The notes beneath the pieces are model-generated. The model saw nothing but the letters and a program-made list of their open reading frames with translations, had not been told where the DNA came from and searched no databases. From Felis catus (Eukaryota): a stretch of DNA of 64,000 nt. This document shows positions 1 to 13,130 of this stretch, in pieces (the stretch's first letter is position 1; each line of letters starts with the position of its first letter). The translations under genes were made by a program, and so were the position numbers. The stretch covers positions 81,408,001 to 81,472,000 of the forward strand of contig NC_058368.1 of the NCBI RefSeq assembly GCF_018350175.1. The letters run 5' to 3'.

Positions 1-1059
1 TCCAGCTTACGGCTCTGTTGTATCGATCTTGCCCAAAAAGGCCGACTCTGAGAAGCAAACGCTATTAGAAGCCACAGGCGGAGAGTCAGGGCTGGGAGAG
101 AATAGCCACAACTTTCTTCACCGTCTGGGTCGTGGGCGACCCCTCCCCCCCAAAACACAGCGTGAACGGAGGTTTGTACAACTTGACACCCACAAACATC
201 TGACCTTTAGACTTTTTTCTTCTTTATATTTTGGAGGAGTCCTTGTGGGTGTTTGTCTGTATTGTAAACTTAATAATAAAAAAAACCCAAAACTGGGAAG
301 TGTGTGGCTTACCAAACTCCACTCCACCAACAACGCTGAGTTCCTGGCAAGCTTGGATTGCATTTTTGCCATAGCTGAGGTTAGGACCGTGTCCAAAAAG
401 AAGCCCTTTAGAATCCTTCCACCGGAAGCACCGCACGGTTGAAAGGAGTGCACCTGGTTACCGGTCTGAGCTCAAGGATGCTGTGAGTGGCTTTGGACTT
501 CACCCAGATTGCTTTCACTATATCCCAAAGCTGAAAGGAGGTTGTGCAAAGGACGCGAGTGACGGAAGGATGCTGGCAGGCAGGCACAGTTCGGTGGTGC
601 CCTCTCTGTGTCCTCCAGACATTTGTCACATTTGGGAGTCTTAGCCACCGAAGGGGAGCGAGGTGCCCTTTAACTCTGGGCAACCCTGAGCCAGAGGCTC
701 ATGGCCTTTCAGACACCGTGCCGGGAGGCCTTGTACAGCCCAGTGAGTTCAGAACTCTGCCCTCCATCCAGCGTGTAGACAGGGCAGAGGATTTCCAGTC
801 CATGCTTCACACAGGATAGGGAACCACCCCTGCACCTGCACCAAAGGTCTGGGGGTTCTTCACTTGTGCCCATGCAGGGGGTCCTGGGGGCAGCTGTGAC
901 CACGGCCCTCCCAGGGGGGGCACAGTGGTGGGGACAGTGGTACATTAGCATGATGACCAATTATTCTGATGTCTCTAGCTCAGCCTCAAAGACCCACAAC
1001 AAACCCCCAGTGCTGGCTACCAGTAACCTTGAGGAGACCGCTGTGAAGAGTCTATCACT

Positions 1060-1259
1060 GGCTCGATGCACGGAATCGTGCTCCCCACCCCCAAGTTCAT
1101 ACGTGGAAGCCCTAACTCCCGAAGTGATGACAGTACTTGGAGACGAGGCCTTGGGGCAGTATTTAGGGTTAGATGAGGTCACGAGGATGGGGCACTCATG
1201 ATGGAATTCGTGTCCTTGTAAGAAAAGAGCCCGGAGACCTTGCACTTGGTCTTTCTCTC

Positions 1260-1303
<44 letters not shown>

Positions 1304-1492
1304 GCTCCCTTTTTCTCCTTCTCCGCCATGTGAAGCTGTTTTCCAACAAGAAAGTGGGCTCTCACCAGGACCTGAGTGGACCAGAACCTTGATCCTGGAC
1401 TTCCCCGCCTCTGGGACCGTGATAAACAAACTCCCATTGTTTAAGCCACCCGGTGTATGGTGTTCTGTTACGGCAACTCTTAGCTGGTCCAA
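1060..1492 (+). mobile_element. MaLR solo LTR, MLT1A-like, with internal (CT)n
   Basis: MLT1-type motifs: ccccaagttcatacgtggaagccctaactccc near the start, accttgatcctggacttccccgcctctgggaccgtga, and tgtttaagccacccggtgtatggtgttctgttacggca at the 3' end; (CT)n at ~1267-1300. Confidence 0.8.
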
Positions 1493-1739
1493 GGGGGGTC
1501 GAATTTATGTTTCTATATAGAGGACGTGGTCGTGTTTACACACTGACACGGAAAGAGAAAAACGCATGTTCTGTTTTAGAACAATTTAACTATTTTTTTG
1601 TATAGACCCGTTTCCACAGGAGACAGAAAGTCATACAAGTTGATATTGTAGCATATTTTCTGCAGCGGAATATTAACATGAAGTATGAGAAGTGGGTGAG
1701 TTTATGCCAAAACGAGGTTATTAATAAGAACAATGTTCC

Positions 1740-1935
1740 ACAGCTGCGTGGCGCTTTTCATCCTGGAAGAGGTTTACAAAACCAAACCTGCAGGAAACAA
1801 ATATTCATAACTACCACCTGCACTTCGGAGATGAAGAAGAAATAGGCGACGGAGGTATTAATAATAAGAAGAAGCTTTTGCAAGGTCATGCCGCAAGATA
1901 ATGCAAAAGCCGGAGATAAAACTCTCAAGAGGCCG
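1740..1935 (-). mobile_element. MIR-like SINE relic
   Basis: Degenerate MIR core: gagatgaagaagaaataggcgacggaggtatta...ttttgcaaggtcatg. Confidence 0.45.
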
Positions 1936-2384
1936 CCTCCCTGCTGCCGAGGCCGCCTTGTCTACCCCACCTTCTGAGAAACAGCTCCATGGCGCTTGGA
2001 GAACAAAAGTTCAGTCCTTCAGCTCCAGCATTTTGCTCGAGGTGCTTCTGGTACCATTTCCACATGCTGTCCTCTCCTTCGGTCGATGGTCACATCCACT
2101 GTCCCTAAGAACCAACTGAGGCAGGGTGGAGAGTCCTGTCCAAGCCCCCGGGGCACCGATTCTCCTCCACGGCACCCTCCCGTGGAGGAGGCGTTAGCAG
2201 CCCTGTTTACAGAGCCCGCTGGCCACGTGGTCAGCAGTCGAATGGATCCACCCAGTATTATTTCGTGCTGAGGATTATCTTTGTGATCAAGGTGACCAGC
2301 TAACAGCAAATTTTAAAGCACAAGAAATAGATTCCGCTGTGTCACTTGAGTGGTAAGTCTGGCAGCGAAAGCTACCCCACAGTA

Positions 2385-2728
2385 GCTGAGAATGCAGCCT
2401 TCTTTGGAAAGAAGGTCAAGGCGGCCGTAACTGATTAAGATGACGTCACACCGGAGTAGGGTCGGGGCCCTGATCCAACGCGGCTGCTGTCGAGTTGGAG
2501 GCGTGGTACCCACAGGCCAAGGAAGGCCGAGTCGAGCCAGGGACCCACGCCTCGCACCAGGCGCTGGAGGAGTCAGGAAGGACCCTCCGCTGGAGCTTTT
2601 GGAGGGAGCACAGGCCCCTGACGTCGTGGCCTCGGACACTGGCCTCTGGAACAGCAGAACAGTAAACTGTGCTGTAAGCCACCTAGTTTGGTGCTCTGTG
2701 ATAGTAGCCAGGGGAGATGGATGGATAC
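2385..2728 (+). mobile_element. MaLR LTR fragment, MLT1B/C/D-like
   Basis: ctttggaaagaaggtc...attaagatgacgtcacaccggagtagggtcggggccctgatccaa and 3' end taagccacctagtttggtgctctgtgatagtagcc. Confidence 0.7.
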
Positions 2729-3849
2729 ACTGGGGTTCAGTGATTCAAGCTCTCAAGTTTAGGATTAATATGGGCTAGCCTCATGCACCGACAGATGTGA
2801 TGTTCCCCAGAACCTAGTGCTGCAGATGGGCTGGGTGTGTGTTGCAGTGAAGACTGAAAACCGGAAAGCTGCCTTTCCCCCCGGCCTCAGATCCCTGGTG
2901 TCTCAGGGCTGGTGGGCCCGGGGCTGCTGGTGCCGAGCCGGCACGAAGAAGATGTCTCCCCTCCGGTGAGGTTTGCTCGCCTCGGAAGCAGAGTCAGTCC
3001 GAGCTGACGTCACAAACCTGACAAGCTCTGTCCCGGAGCGTCGGCCCTCCTTCGCTTCATACTCCCCGGGTCATGTAGACAAGGAGCGTGTCAGAGCTGG
3101 ACGAGAACGCAGGGCTTCATGTCTTCAGCGACCCCTGAAGTGCGGGACCGAATGGCACCTCTAACACCTGCCCCACCTCCTCCCGACTCATTTGAATGTG
3201 GTATTGGATATCTTGTTGATTATGTCTTGATTATGAAAGCCATATCAACTTAGCAAACTATCCAGGTGCTTCACAATGGTGGCGAGCAGAGTGTGGGAGT
3301 GGCCACAGGCTCTCCCCGGAGAGACCTGTCAGAGTGAAATGCTCTGGGTCACTGCTCATTTGTCTGCAGTTGTACGTTGTACCTTAAGTGCTCAGGTCAA
3401 CAGGAGGGGAATGGAATCCATAAGAGGGCAGGCATTTGGGGAACTGTTAAGTCCCTCGCTTTCCTGTCCCACACACACAATATGTAGACTTCCAAAGGAC
3501 GGGGAACCTGGGGGTGTTGCAGCCAAATGTGGGCTCCCAGGCAGAGCGTTTACCCCAAGTTTCCATCTCTTTCATGTGCTGGGTTAGCACAATGAAGAGA
3601 AACACAAACCCCTTCTTTAATCCTTGCCTGGCCTGACTCCACAAGCGAGGTCCATGCCCCCACTGCTCGGTGCTCCATCCTGCTTCTTGGGCATGAGAAG
3701 TCCCAAGTGCCCAGGCTCCAAGAGCTCCTTCTGGAGCCAATACTCAAGAAAGACCCCCAAATCGAGAAGCCACTCACCCTCCCCCCAGGGTGGTCCTCCC
3801 AACTGTAACATTCCACAATGGGCTGGTTACTCTACAGAGTCAAACTCAG

Positions 3850-3945
3850 TGATGCATATATTGATTCCACAGACATTTATTAAGGGCTCAACAGGTGCCG
3901 AGTCTGTGTGCTAGGAGCACACACGGAGGCAGACAGAGACCCCTC
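3850..3945 (-). mobile_element. L2 3' end relic
   Basis: acagacatttattaagggctcaacaggtgccgagtctgtgtgctagg resembles the reverse-complemented L2 terminus. Confidence 0.5.
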
Positions 3946-4026
3946 CTTCTTGAATCCTGGACATCAGGCAGAGAAGAGAGATACTGAGCAGAAGCCTGGG
4001 GCCTGGGACAAAGGAGCAATGGGGGC

Positions 4027-4305
4027 TGTCACGAACTGAATGTCTGCATCCCCCCAAAATTCACATGTTGAAGCCCTAGACCCCAGTGTGATGGTACTGG
4101 GGGTGGGGCCAGGGAGTAGATTGAGACAAATTCAGGAGCTTGAGGCCGCCATGATGGAAACAGTGTCCTTACAAGAAGAGGAAGAGACCAGAGAACCTCC
4201 CACAGCCCCTCATGCACCAAGAAAGACCCTGTGTCTACAGGGAGCATAGGAGGGAGTATCTACAAGCCGGGAAGAAAGACCTCACCAAGACCCCAGTGCG
4301 CCAGT
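4027..4305 (+). mobile_element. MaLR LTR, MLT1A-like, 3' truncated
   Basis: tgtcacgaactgaatgtctgcatccccccaaaattcacatgttgaagccctagaccccagtgtgatggtactgg matches the MLT1A 5' end. Confidence 0.85.
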
Positions 4306-4912
4306 TTGTGAGATTTGGCAATATTTGGAGATGAAGAAATCTTCTGGGCTCATTATCACTTATGCACAATCAAGTGTCAGTGTCACGAAGGGAATCTAGG
4401 ACCTCCTGTAGGATTCCAATCTTCAGCTTTCGTCGAGAAATGAGTGAGGGAGAATGATCAGATGATACATGCACCTTTGATGGTTTCCCAGGGAACAGAC
4501 TTCAGTGTCTTACACGTTTTCACTTTTAGTCTTATGCCCCTCATTTTAACCAACAGAATGCAAAAGCACTGTCAGAAACCTCAAGAAGAGCTTGAGCCCT
4601 TGAGAGACGCTGTCAATCCTTGTCTGTGATTCTGGGCGATAGCCACAGCCTGTTTCAAATATCATGTCTCGAGACCAGTGGCTGCTACTGTCATGGAAAA
4701 TACAACATGGCAGCTGGCCGAGGTGTCTCACTCTAAACAGGGGCTCTTGGTGTCCAGACATGCACCGAGCTCCCTGGCTTCTACGTTCTCACACAGATGT
4801 GGGTTTGTTCAAATGCTGTCAATGCACTGGGTACATGACTTAGGACTTGAGAAAGCTCAGGAGTCCGTCCGCCTTTTAAAGTCTCAATGGTGCCATTAGA
4901 AACTCTTCTCCT

Positions 4913-5118
4913 GGAGGTGCCTGCGGGACTCAGTTGGTTAAGCATCCAAATTTGGCTCAGGTCATGATGTCATAGTTCGTGAGTTTGAGCCCCGCATCAG
5001 GCTTACTGCTGTCAGCCTGTCAGCACAGAGCCCGCTTCAGGTCCTCTGTCCCCCTCTTTCTGCCCCTCCCCCACTTGTGCTCTCCCCCCAAATAAATAAA
5101 TATTAAAACAAAAAAAGA
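4913..5118 (+). mobile_element. CanSINE (feliform)
   Basis: tRNA-derived head, CT-rich body, A-tail; TSD aaactcttctcct at 4900-4912 and 5119-5131. Confidence 0.93.
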
Positions 5119-5329
5119 AAACTCTTCTCCTTCGATAGAGAAAGCACGGACTTGCGGTCCCTGGGAAAGACCCCACAAAGATCCCTAGAGCCTTACTGCT
5201 CAGAGCTGTTGTTCTGTGCATCAATATCACAGCTCTGGTGATTAGAAAGAGAAGTTAGCAATTACTTTTGGTAGATAAGTGGATGCTTCTTAAAAGAAAA
5301 TTCAGTCCACAAAAATTCAAACTTTCAAT

Positions 5330-5760
5330 GTCTGAAGGCATGCCAAAACTCACCCCAAGCCTTCCTAGGTAAAAAACCTAATTAATTGGCTCACCTAAAG
5401 TGAACATTTCAGGGGAAGGACTGCTTTCAGGCATGAATATTTTACGACTCAAACAGCATCGTTAGGGGTTGGATTATTTTTGCTCTGACTTCTGCTATGT
5501 TGTTTTTAGTCTTAATCCCCACGTGCTAACAAGATGGAGTCCCTAGCTCAGTCTCCGACATCCTTGCGTGTTTCAGCTCCGATGGCAAGCGAGTTCTCTT
5601 TTCCAAAAGTCACACTCGAAGTCCCCCTGCATCGCTTGGCTGTGGCAGAGCCAGGTGCCCATTATGGAATGAGCTTTTGTTGGGTGGGGGGGACTGCATC
5701 GCTCTTCCTGGTGGGGTCCGGGCCCAGAGGCGGGAATGGGGTCCTGCACTGGGGCCACAT
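5330..5760 (-). mobile_element. Old MaLR LTR (MLT1K-like) relic
   Basis: aattggctcacctaaagtgaacatttcaggggaaggactgctttcaggcatg resembles the antisense MLT1J/K LTR; very diverged. Confidence 0.4.
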
Positions 5761-6499
5761 GGACTGAGAACGGGTGATTTCACTGCCAAAGGTCTGGTTA
5801 CTGGAGGAGGGCTACGGAGGGTGCAGACAAAAAGAGAGCTTCACTACACTTTCCAAGCAGACAAATTATGGGGTTACGATTCACGATTCACACTACAGAG
5901 GAGCCTTCACTTAACAAAAGGGTACTTTACAGAAGGATTCACTGAAGGTTTCCTTTAAACAGTTGTCTCCAACAGCAGCTAATCCCTTGTTTAGTGATCA
6001 TTAATGCTTCAGTAGAAAAGCTGAGGGAAGAAAACCTTACAGCTAAAATGTAAGAGCCACTGTCAATTGAGAATCAATCAAGAAAGAAATAAAACAAATT
6101 TGAAATGGTAGGTTAGTCAACTGGAAAATGGGATTTGATTTACATAAAACTCACAAACACATCTATGCAGGAAACAGGGTCATGTCTATTGAGGAAAAAT
6201 TGCATGGATTTAGGAATATGGTTAGTGATGATCCTGATTCTCCAAAGGAAGCAAAATCATTCTGTAAGTTCTAGGTGCCCATAAGGCAGGCCATTAGAGG
6301 GTTTCCTGCATAGCACACCCCAGTCCTTAGCCTTGAGCAAATCAGCCAAATAAGTGAGCACTTACAGAATGAGCACTTACAGTGCCTCGTTGTTTGGGGC
6401 ACCTAGTCACAGTAGAGACTGTCAGGGGTAACTGAGAAGCCCAAGATAGTTCTTGGGGTTGGTTCTCGTATTGACTGTTATGATCTAAATTAAGAAGGC

Positions 6500-7700
6500 A
6501 AGTAAGATTTGCGTTTCTGAAAGTTCTAATTATTCATTGGCCATTGAATGCATACGAAAGCTCTGATTAACATTTACAAATCACATAGGTCAATGCTTAT
6601 TTGTTTTGTGACGTTTTAGTTCCCTAAAATCATTATCATGTTTGTTATTTTATTGCTACTGCTGTTGTTTATATTTAGTTGCTACGTTCTTTGACAATTC
6701 CGGTTAATGGCTCATCTTCATAAACTGTGATCTTTATTATTACATACTGCCTGCTTTTTTCTGGTTTAGAGCCATTAGTCCTAAATTCTTCATTATGTGT
6801 CATCAATATTGCCACTTCTTTCTGTTTACATGTGTTTATATTATTTGCATGTTCCTCATTTTCAAATTTCCTTACCACTTTGTCAGAAGGATGTTTTAGA
6901 AACGACATATAGCTGGGTTTTTAAAAAAAGAAAAAAAGCACACAGTCTAACAACCTCTGATTTTAAGAGAGCAATTTATCTCATTCGCATTTAGTGTAAA
7001 ACAGATCATCCTATTCTTTTGTCTTAGGTCGTGATCGTTATTGGTTAAACCTTAGTCTGCTTTCTTTTTCCTTTTCTTCATTTTGGATGGTTTGATTTAG
7101 TTGACATTCATTCCCACTTTTCTTTCTTTGACATTTCTGCATTTTCTATTCAGCTAGTGACTATGCATCCAGTCCTCATTCTTCTAACTCATACATGCTT
7201 TTCAACTGTTGGATGAAAACCAGAACCAAAGTCTTTGATTCCTTCACTTTTCCCTTTACACAAGGCAGACGAGATAAAACAGTTGTAATCTGATCTGTTC
7301 TCTCCTTATAACTCGTCATTTTTGCTAAGATACGTTAGCATTTTAGTGCAAGAATATTATTAAGTTTTCCCTTGTAGCATGCCTTTTCTCTCGTAAAACA
7401 ATAATCTACCCTTTATTACATGTTTTCAGTCTTTTTATTATTTATTATTGGAGCTGATTCTGAAGGGTACAGAGTTCATTCCTGTACTTCTTTACCTCCT
7501 CTTATTTACCTCCTCTTATTTACCTCCTCTTTTCTTGAAGTTGGAAATAAGTGGAAGGTTGACACTCAAGTTTGTGTTGAAAATCCATTCTCTTGAGTCT
7601 TTCCAAAGCACCCGTTCACATTATACGATTATTGTCATCATGACTTTGTGAATTAGTCCCCCTTTTACTAGTGAGAAAATTGAAGACAGTCATGTCTTAG
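6500..7700 (-). mobile_element. Ancient L1-like fragment
   Basis: Long T-rich, AT-rich stretch with antisense L1-like motifs (gttttagaaacgacatatagctggg, gcaatttatctcattcgcatttagtg); boundaries uncertain. Confidence 0.45.
7491..7531. repeat. 14-bp tandem repeat, ~3 copies
   Basis: (tttacctcctctta)x3. Confidence 0.9.
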
Positions 7701-7832
7701 TGCTATATGCCCCCACCGCACTTTCCTAATGCTCTCCTGCCCTAAGACACCGAAAGGAGTTTCTTGTTCGCCAAAAGTAGTCTCTGGGAGCATTTGCGTA
7801 TCAAGGATAAATGCCAAGGTCTCAACAAAAGC

Positions 7833-8046
7833 TTTTTTTTTAATGTTTGTATTTATTTTTGAGACAGAGAGAGACAGAGCATGAATGGGGGAGGGTCAGA
7901 GACAGAGGGAGACACAGAATCTGAGACAAGCTCCAGTCTCTGAGCCGTCAGCACAGAGCCTGATGCGGGGCTCGAACGCACGGACCGCGAGATCATAACC
8001 TGAGCTGCAGTCAGATGCTTAACCGACTGAGCCACCCAGGCACCCC
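7833..8046 (-). mobile_element. CanSINE (SINEC_Fc-type)
   Basis: Poly-T, gagacagagagagacagagc body, ends gagccacccaggcacccc; TSD caacaaaag(c/t)tttt at 7823 and 8047. Confidence 0.95.
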
Positions 8047-11000
8047 CAACAAAAGTTTTTTAAGTAAAAGAGGCCACTGCCCCAATAGGATCGTTGAAAT
8101 GCAGAAGTTGATTTTAGTGAAACTTATATGAAAGAAACAGAATATTAATTTCTTCAAAATCACTTATCTCCTTGTATCACGGTTTTTATTGTCTCTTTAG
8201 AGCAGAGATGTTTTACCTGGATTTTGTGTATCTTTACATTGGTAACTGTCAGAGAGTGGATAGGGGAGGATGGGGAGGAAGGGGTGGGGAGGAGGTTGGG
8301 GGGGGTGGGTGAAGAGGTCTGTTGGGGTTCCTTTCTAGGTCTTTCATCATGCCCTGTGATTTCATCCATCTGTCTGTCCGTTCACTCTGTAGACATTTCT
8401 GGCTCCGGCTAGGAGCTGAGATTCTGGGATGCATGAACCCCCTTTCCACACTGAGCAGCTCCAGTCTGACAGGGAAGACAGACAAGAAAACCGAAAATCA
8501 CAATACGATGCAGTGTGTGCTATTTCCAAAGGGGCCGCTGTCTGTAGGCCTAGTCACCCACCACGGGCTCACCTCCCTGCAGCTTTCCCGGGATGCAGAC
8601 ACGACCCCTTCCCCCGACATCAGTGTCAGCGAGGCCTGAGCTCAGCCCCGCAGTCCTGCCCGGGGGCCCAGCCGTAGCCCATGCCTCGTGAGCTCTGTCC
8701 AGGCCTGTTTTGCACACCATCCTCAAAGAAAGTTTCGTGAACAGAGTATGCAAATTCGGGTCAAAAACTGATGGAGGAGAAGTAGGTTAGGCTTGAACCA
8801 CACCGTCATCCGGGGAGGTGCTGGTCACGTGCCCCACATCCTCATTTTGTGGGTCTCCAGTGAAAAGCCGCACTTCCCTCACAGTCCAGGGACGACGTCC
8901 AGCCTTGCAAGAACACGCCCAACAACGGATAGCGTGTGCTTCCTGACACCCCTGTGTCCTCTGACTCGTTCGTCCATCTTGCTGACACTTCCCCAGCAAA
9001 ACACTGGAGGCCCACTGGGGAGTGTTCACCGAGCGCCTACTGGGTGCTCAGTGCTGCGTCCACACGCAGCGACGTTTCCGGGTGGCCTGCTGTTCTTTTC
9101 CAGGAACAGTGCCCGACACGTACGTTGTCCCAGCTCACGAGAATAAGCACCAGGTTCCATCTACTCAGCCCTTGTAAGAGACAAGTCTGCCTGGTGTCTC
9201 CTCCGCTTGCAGTCTCCGGGCAGTCAGAGGCTGGTCACGATTTGCCAGCCCGCTCTAGGATTGCTCCCTACTCGTTTCTATTTTTAAAACTTCACGTATT
9301 GGATTCCCCGAGATCCAGGTAATCAAAGGGAACGTTTCAAAACTCAGTAAAGACAACTTCCTAAGAAATGAGAGCTGACGCTTTCCGTGGCTCTGAAAAA
9401 GCAAAGTGGTTCCTTCCCGTCGTAACTTTGTCTCTGCACAAAACAGTCTCGCTATTTTTGAAACATCCAACTTGGAGGTGACTTGGCTTTGTGAGATACG
9501 CAAGCGTCGTCCCCTTGTGACTTCAAGGCTGGAAATTCGATAGTTCACTGCGGGGCCATCACCAGAACCCACGTCACCTGCTCGCGGGACGCCTTCTTCC
9601 TGCCACGCTGCTTCAGTATTAATTCCTGCAGCGGAAATGGTGAGAGGTCGGTGACTTCTCACCTTCACAAAAGGAGTTTCCATGGTAACAAAAACATGCT
9701 GGGTGATTCGCAGTTAAAAACAAAGCAAAACAAAACTAGTCCGAAGTCCGGGTCGTGTTGGAACTCGGGCCACGAAGATTCACTCTGCGACCACGAACGT
9801 GGGAGTCCGCGTGGTGAACGTGGGGTGCGGGGCGGTGGGACCTGGGTGCCTGCGCTTCTGCCTCCTGACAACACTTGAAATTAAAATTTTAGTTAAATGC
9901 CTTCATCTTCCCACTACATGGCAGGTGACTTCCAAAGCGAGTAGGAAGGAAGAGTAATTTGCTGAGGGGAGATGGGGAAACAAAGGTGTAGCGGACTCGC
10001 GGACCCCGAGAACACCCGGGTCTGCTAGGGAAATGCGCTGAAATCGGAAACCCCCATCCCTTGGGGGTGTAGCTTTTGTCTCTGCTGTTTAATTACACGG
10101 GGAGGGCCAAGTGAGGTACACAATTTACAGATTCCTGTTTCTCCCCGAGGAAGGAGAAAGTGATCTATTTGCAGGAGTTCTATATTTTTTTCAGGCACTT
10201 TACGGAGACACCCCCACCCCCTTGGTTGCTGACTGTAAAATAAGAAAACTATTACCCAGCTGGGGTAACAATAGGCTCCCACAGTGCCTTTCTGCTCAGC
10301 CGGCAGCTGCAGCGAAAGTGGGAACACAGCAGCAGGCTAACATTCTTTCCTTGCAGACTGTTTCTATGGGCAAGGAGCCCTCCCACTGATCCGATGTATT
10401 TTCTATGCAAAACTGCACAAGAAGTGACATTTTAAAAGTTTTGACCTTTGTTTTTTTTTTTTTTGCATGAACCGAGGCATACATTTTTTAAACCTTCTGA
10501 CAGGGTGTCTGTTAGAAACAGCAATAGCCATTACTGTAATAATAAAATGTTTTCAAAATTTGAAAATTCTATATTAAATATAATGCACAGATAACCTTTG
10601 TCTGGAAAATGATAGTGATGTGGGCCTTGGAACCACTTCTTTATTGTTCCAGGAAAACAGATTATGACAGATTTCAGGCATATTTAGGAAACAGTTTCAC
10701 TGGACGCAATGTTTTCATTTGCTAATTTAAGACTTTCATGGTTTTTTTTTCACCCAAAAAGGATTCGGAAGAGTTTTGCACTCATTCATATGCCAAGGTA
10801 TTTCCACTTAATATTAATAGTCATGGTATTTGTTCAGGAAACTATTCTTTGCATAACAAAAATATTTAAAAAATCAGTTTTGTATCTCAATACATTTAGA
10901 ATTTTTTTTTCCTTTGAGAGAAGTTTAATTCTTATTTGAATCTAAAAGTTCTCTCTATTAAGAAAAAAAAGAGGAACACAAAATAGCCGAGAGACCAAAT

Positions 11001-11934
11001 GTCAAAGAGAACTTTCTTTAAAAGACCTTCCAATTAGTAAGGGACATGAATGGGGGGGAAGGCTCAGCTACAAAGATATAAAGAAAGAAAATTAGGGCAA
11101 ATGAGATGTTGAATTATTTGCAACAAAAGGTGGGCGAACTAAAGATGGTTGAGGAAATACCACATTCTCCAGTTAAAGGATTATGTTGCTTTCGAGTCTC
11201 AGCCCAGCCCTGCAAGTGACTACAGTGGCCGAGCAGGGGTCCGCCAGCCTGGGCGCTCCGGACTCTCTTGCCTAATCTGTCCTTCAACAGCTGCCGATGT
11301 GAACTTTTATGTTTAAGGCTAGAAGATTTTCAGGGGTAAGTGGAGTGAGCTTTGCTAAGATGTTTGGAAATAAGTGTGCCAGCCCCTCCCTGGGATGGGG
11401 AGGGGTTCGCAATTCCAGATAGCAGGGCGAGTTCTGGTCGCAGACCAGCCTCCAAGAAACCGCCCTGAGTTTGGATTCTGTGTCCCCCCCATCTCTTCCT
11501 TCTTGCTCTGGGCTGACCTCTTAACTCCTGTCTCTCCTCCTGGACGATGGAGACAACAGCAATCATTATCACCACCAGACAGTCGGTCCCTGGCTAACTA
11601 ATGAGTCACTGCAAATTGCTAATTTGATTCCTACCGTGAACTTTCAGACAAGTGCTTTCCCTAAATCACGAAGTTGTAAAACTCCTGCAGATAACGAGAG
11701 TGGGATTTCATTCAGAAATTTCAGATGGCTTCAGTAGCACAAACTACCTGTCAACTCCGACTCACTCACGGAAAAGACATCCGTCAAGCTGGGGTGCTAG
11801 GAGCTTATTAAAATTTTGCGTCATATATGAGAAAAAAAATCTTTTTATGCTGTTATAAAGGGAAGCATTTGGAATTACACTGACATTTTCTTAACCCGTT
11901 GGTACTATTTAGAAATTCCAATAATGGAGTCCTA

Positions 11935-12072
11935 GAGCTGGGAACGCTGAATTCACCTAATTCAAACCTGAAGAAACTGGAGATCAGAGAGGTTAAGTGA
12001 CTTACCCAAGGTCACAGAGCTAGGAGCAGAAGTACACCTAGAAGCAGGGCCCCCTTTTCCAGAGCCCGTGCT
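11935..12072 (-). mobile_element. MIR
   Basis: MIR core gaagaaactggagatcagagaggttaagtgacttacccaaggtcacagagctag. Confidence 0.85.
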
Positions 12073-12984
12073 GGGAGTCCCCCCTCCCCTCTCCCACTCT
12101 TCTTTTTCTTCGCCTCTCCCTTCCCCCACCTCATTGTTTTGCGAAAACTTAAGCACAGCAGCTGCTTTAAGGCTGAGCTGCACCAAAGGCCCTCCCTTTA
12201 CACGCACTGCGTGTGCTCTCGCCGGCTTGGCCCCATTGGTCTTGGTGGCGTCCCTCGAGGTACGTCTTCCTTCTCAGAGGGCACCTGCAGACAATACCTG
12301 TTAGGAAAGATCTCCTGCAAGGCAGGGCGAGAGACCTTGCAAAGGTGGCCTTGAGAGATTTGGGCCCAGCCTTTTGAGGATGTGGGAGGTAGCAGCAGGG
12401 CACATAGCTGGACCCCACGAGCCCAGTCCTGGGGGGCAGTGGGACTCCTGGCTCCACCAAACGCAGGGACGTGATCGCTGCCCGATGGGGCTGGGGCCCC
12501 ACGGGTTTGGCCGGCCGAGGTCTGGGCTCACCCACACCCCGGCAGCGGTGGGTGGCCTGAATTACTCACTGCAGGCTGTAGTGAGCGGCCCGAAGTTTTG
12601 GTTCAATCGGGGAGGACAGAACCAAGCGGCGGAAATACAGACAGCCCGGGAAAGACATTTCAGTCCAAACAGGATGCAAACCCCGCACAGCGTGCTGCCC
12701 GAGACCATTTCTCTGCACGCTAGCAGGGCTGACTAGCTGGCAGAGTAACGGAAATGTGGCTGATGAGCAGTTAGGGGGCCGAGGGGATCCCACGTGGAGA
12801 TTCTGGGAGGGGGAGGCCTTTGTAGCCACACGGGACGGGCCGATGTAGCGGAACTCACCTTGTACCAGGGAGGAAGTGCCCGCCGTTAAACCTGTCTATT
12901 GACAGAAAGTGTGTGGTTTTGACTGGCCAAGAAAAAGGAGATGCTAAATATTTTATTAAGGAACTATTTAGAAAATTACACCTG

Positions 12985-13130
12985 ACCGGTGAGTGATATG
13001 TGTTTTTCCTAAGCCCTAGTTTTATTACCTGTAAAATGGGTATAATGGTGTTTTCATCCCAGATTGGGAAGATCTCACATAAGGCCTAAGCAGTACTTAG
13101 CACGCTATACCGAACGATAGTTTTTATTAT
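12985..13130 (+). mobile_element. MIR
   Basis: ccctagttttattacctgtaaaatgggtataat...cagtacttagcac. Confidence 0.65.

Noticed and set aside
1..460. Possible minus-strand exons ending at GTAAG donors (positions 6-10 and 308-312)
   Set aside because: No recognisable protein or convincing acceptor pairing; 5-mers occur by chance. RNA-seq or homology would be needed.
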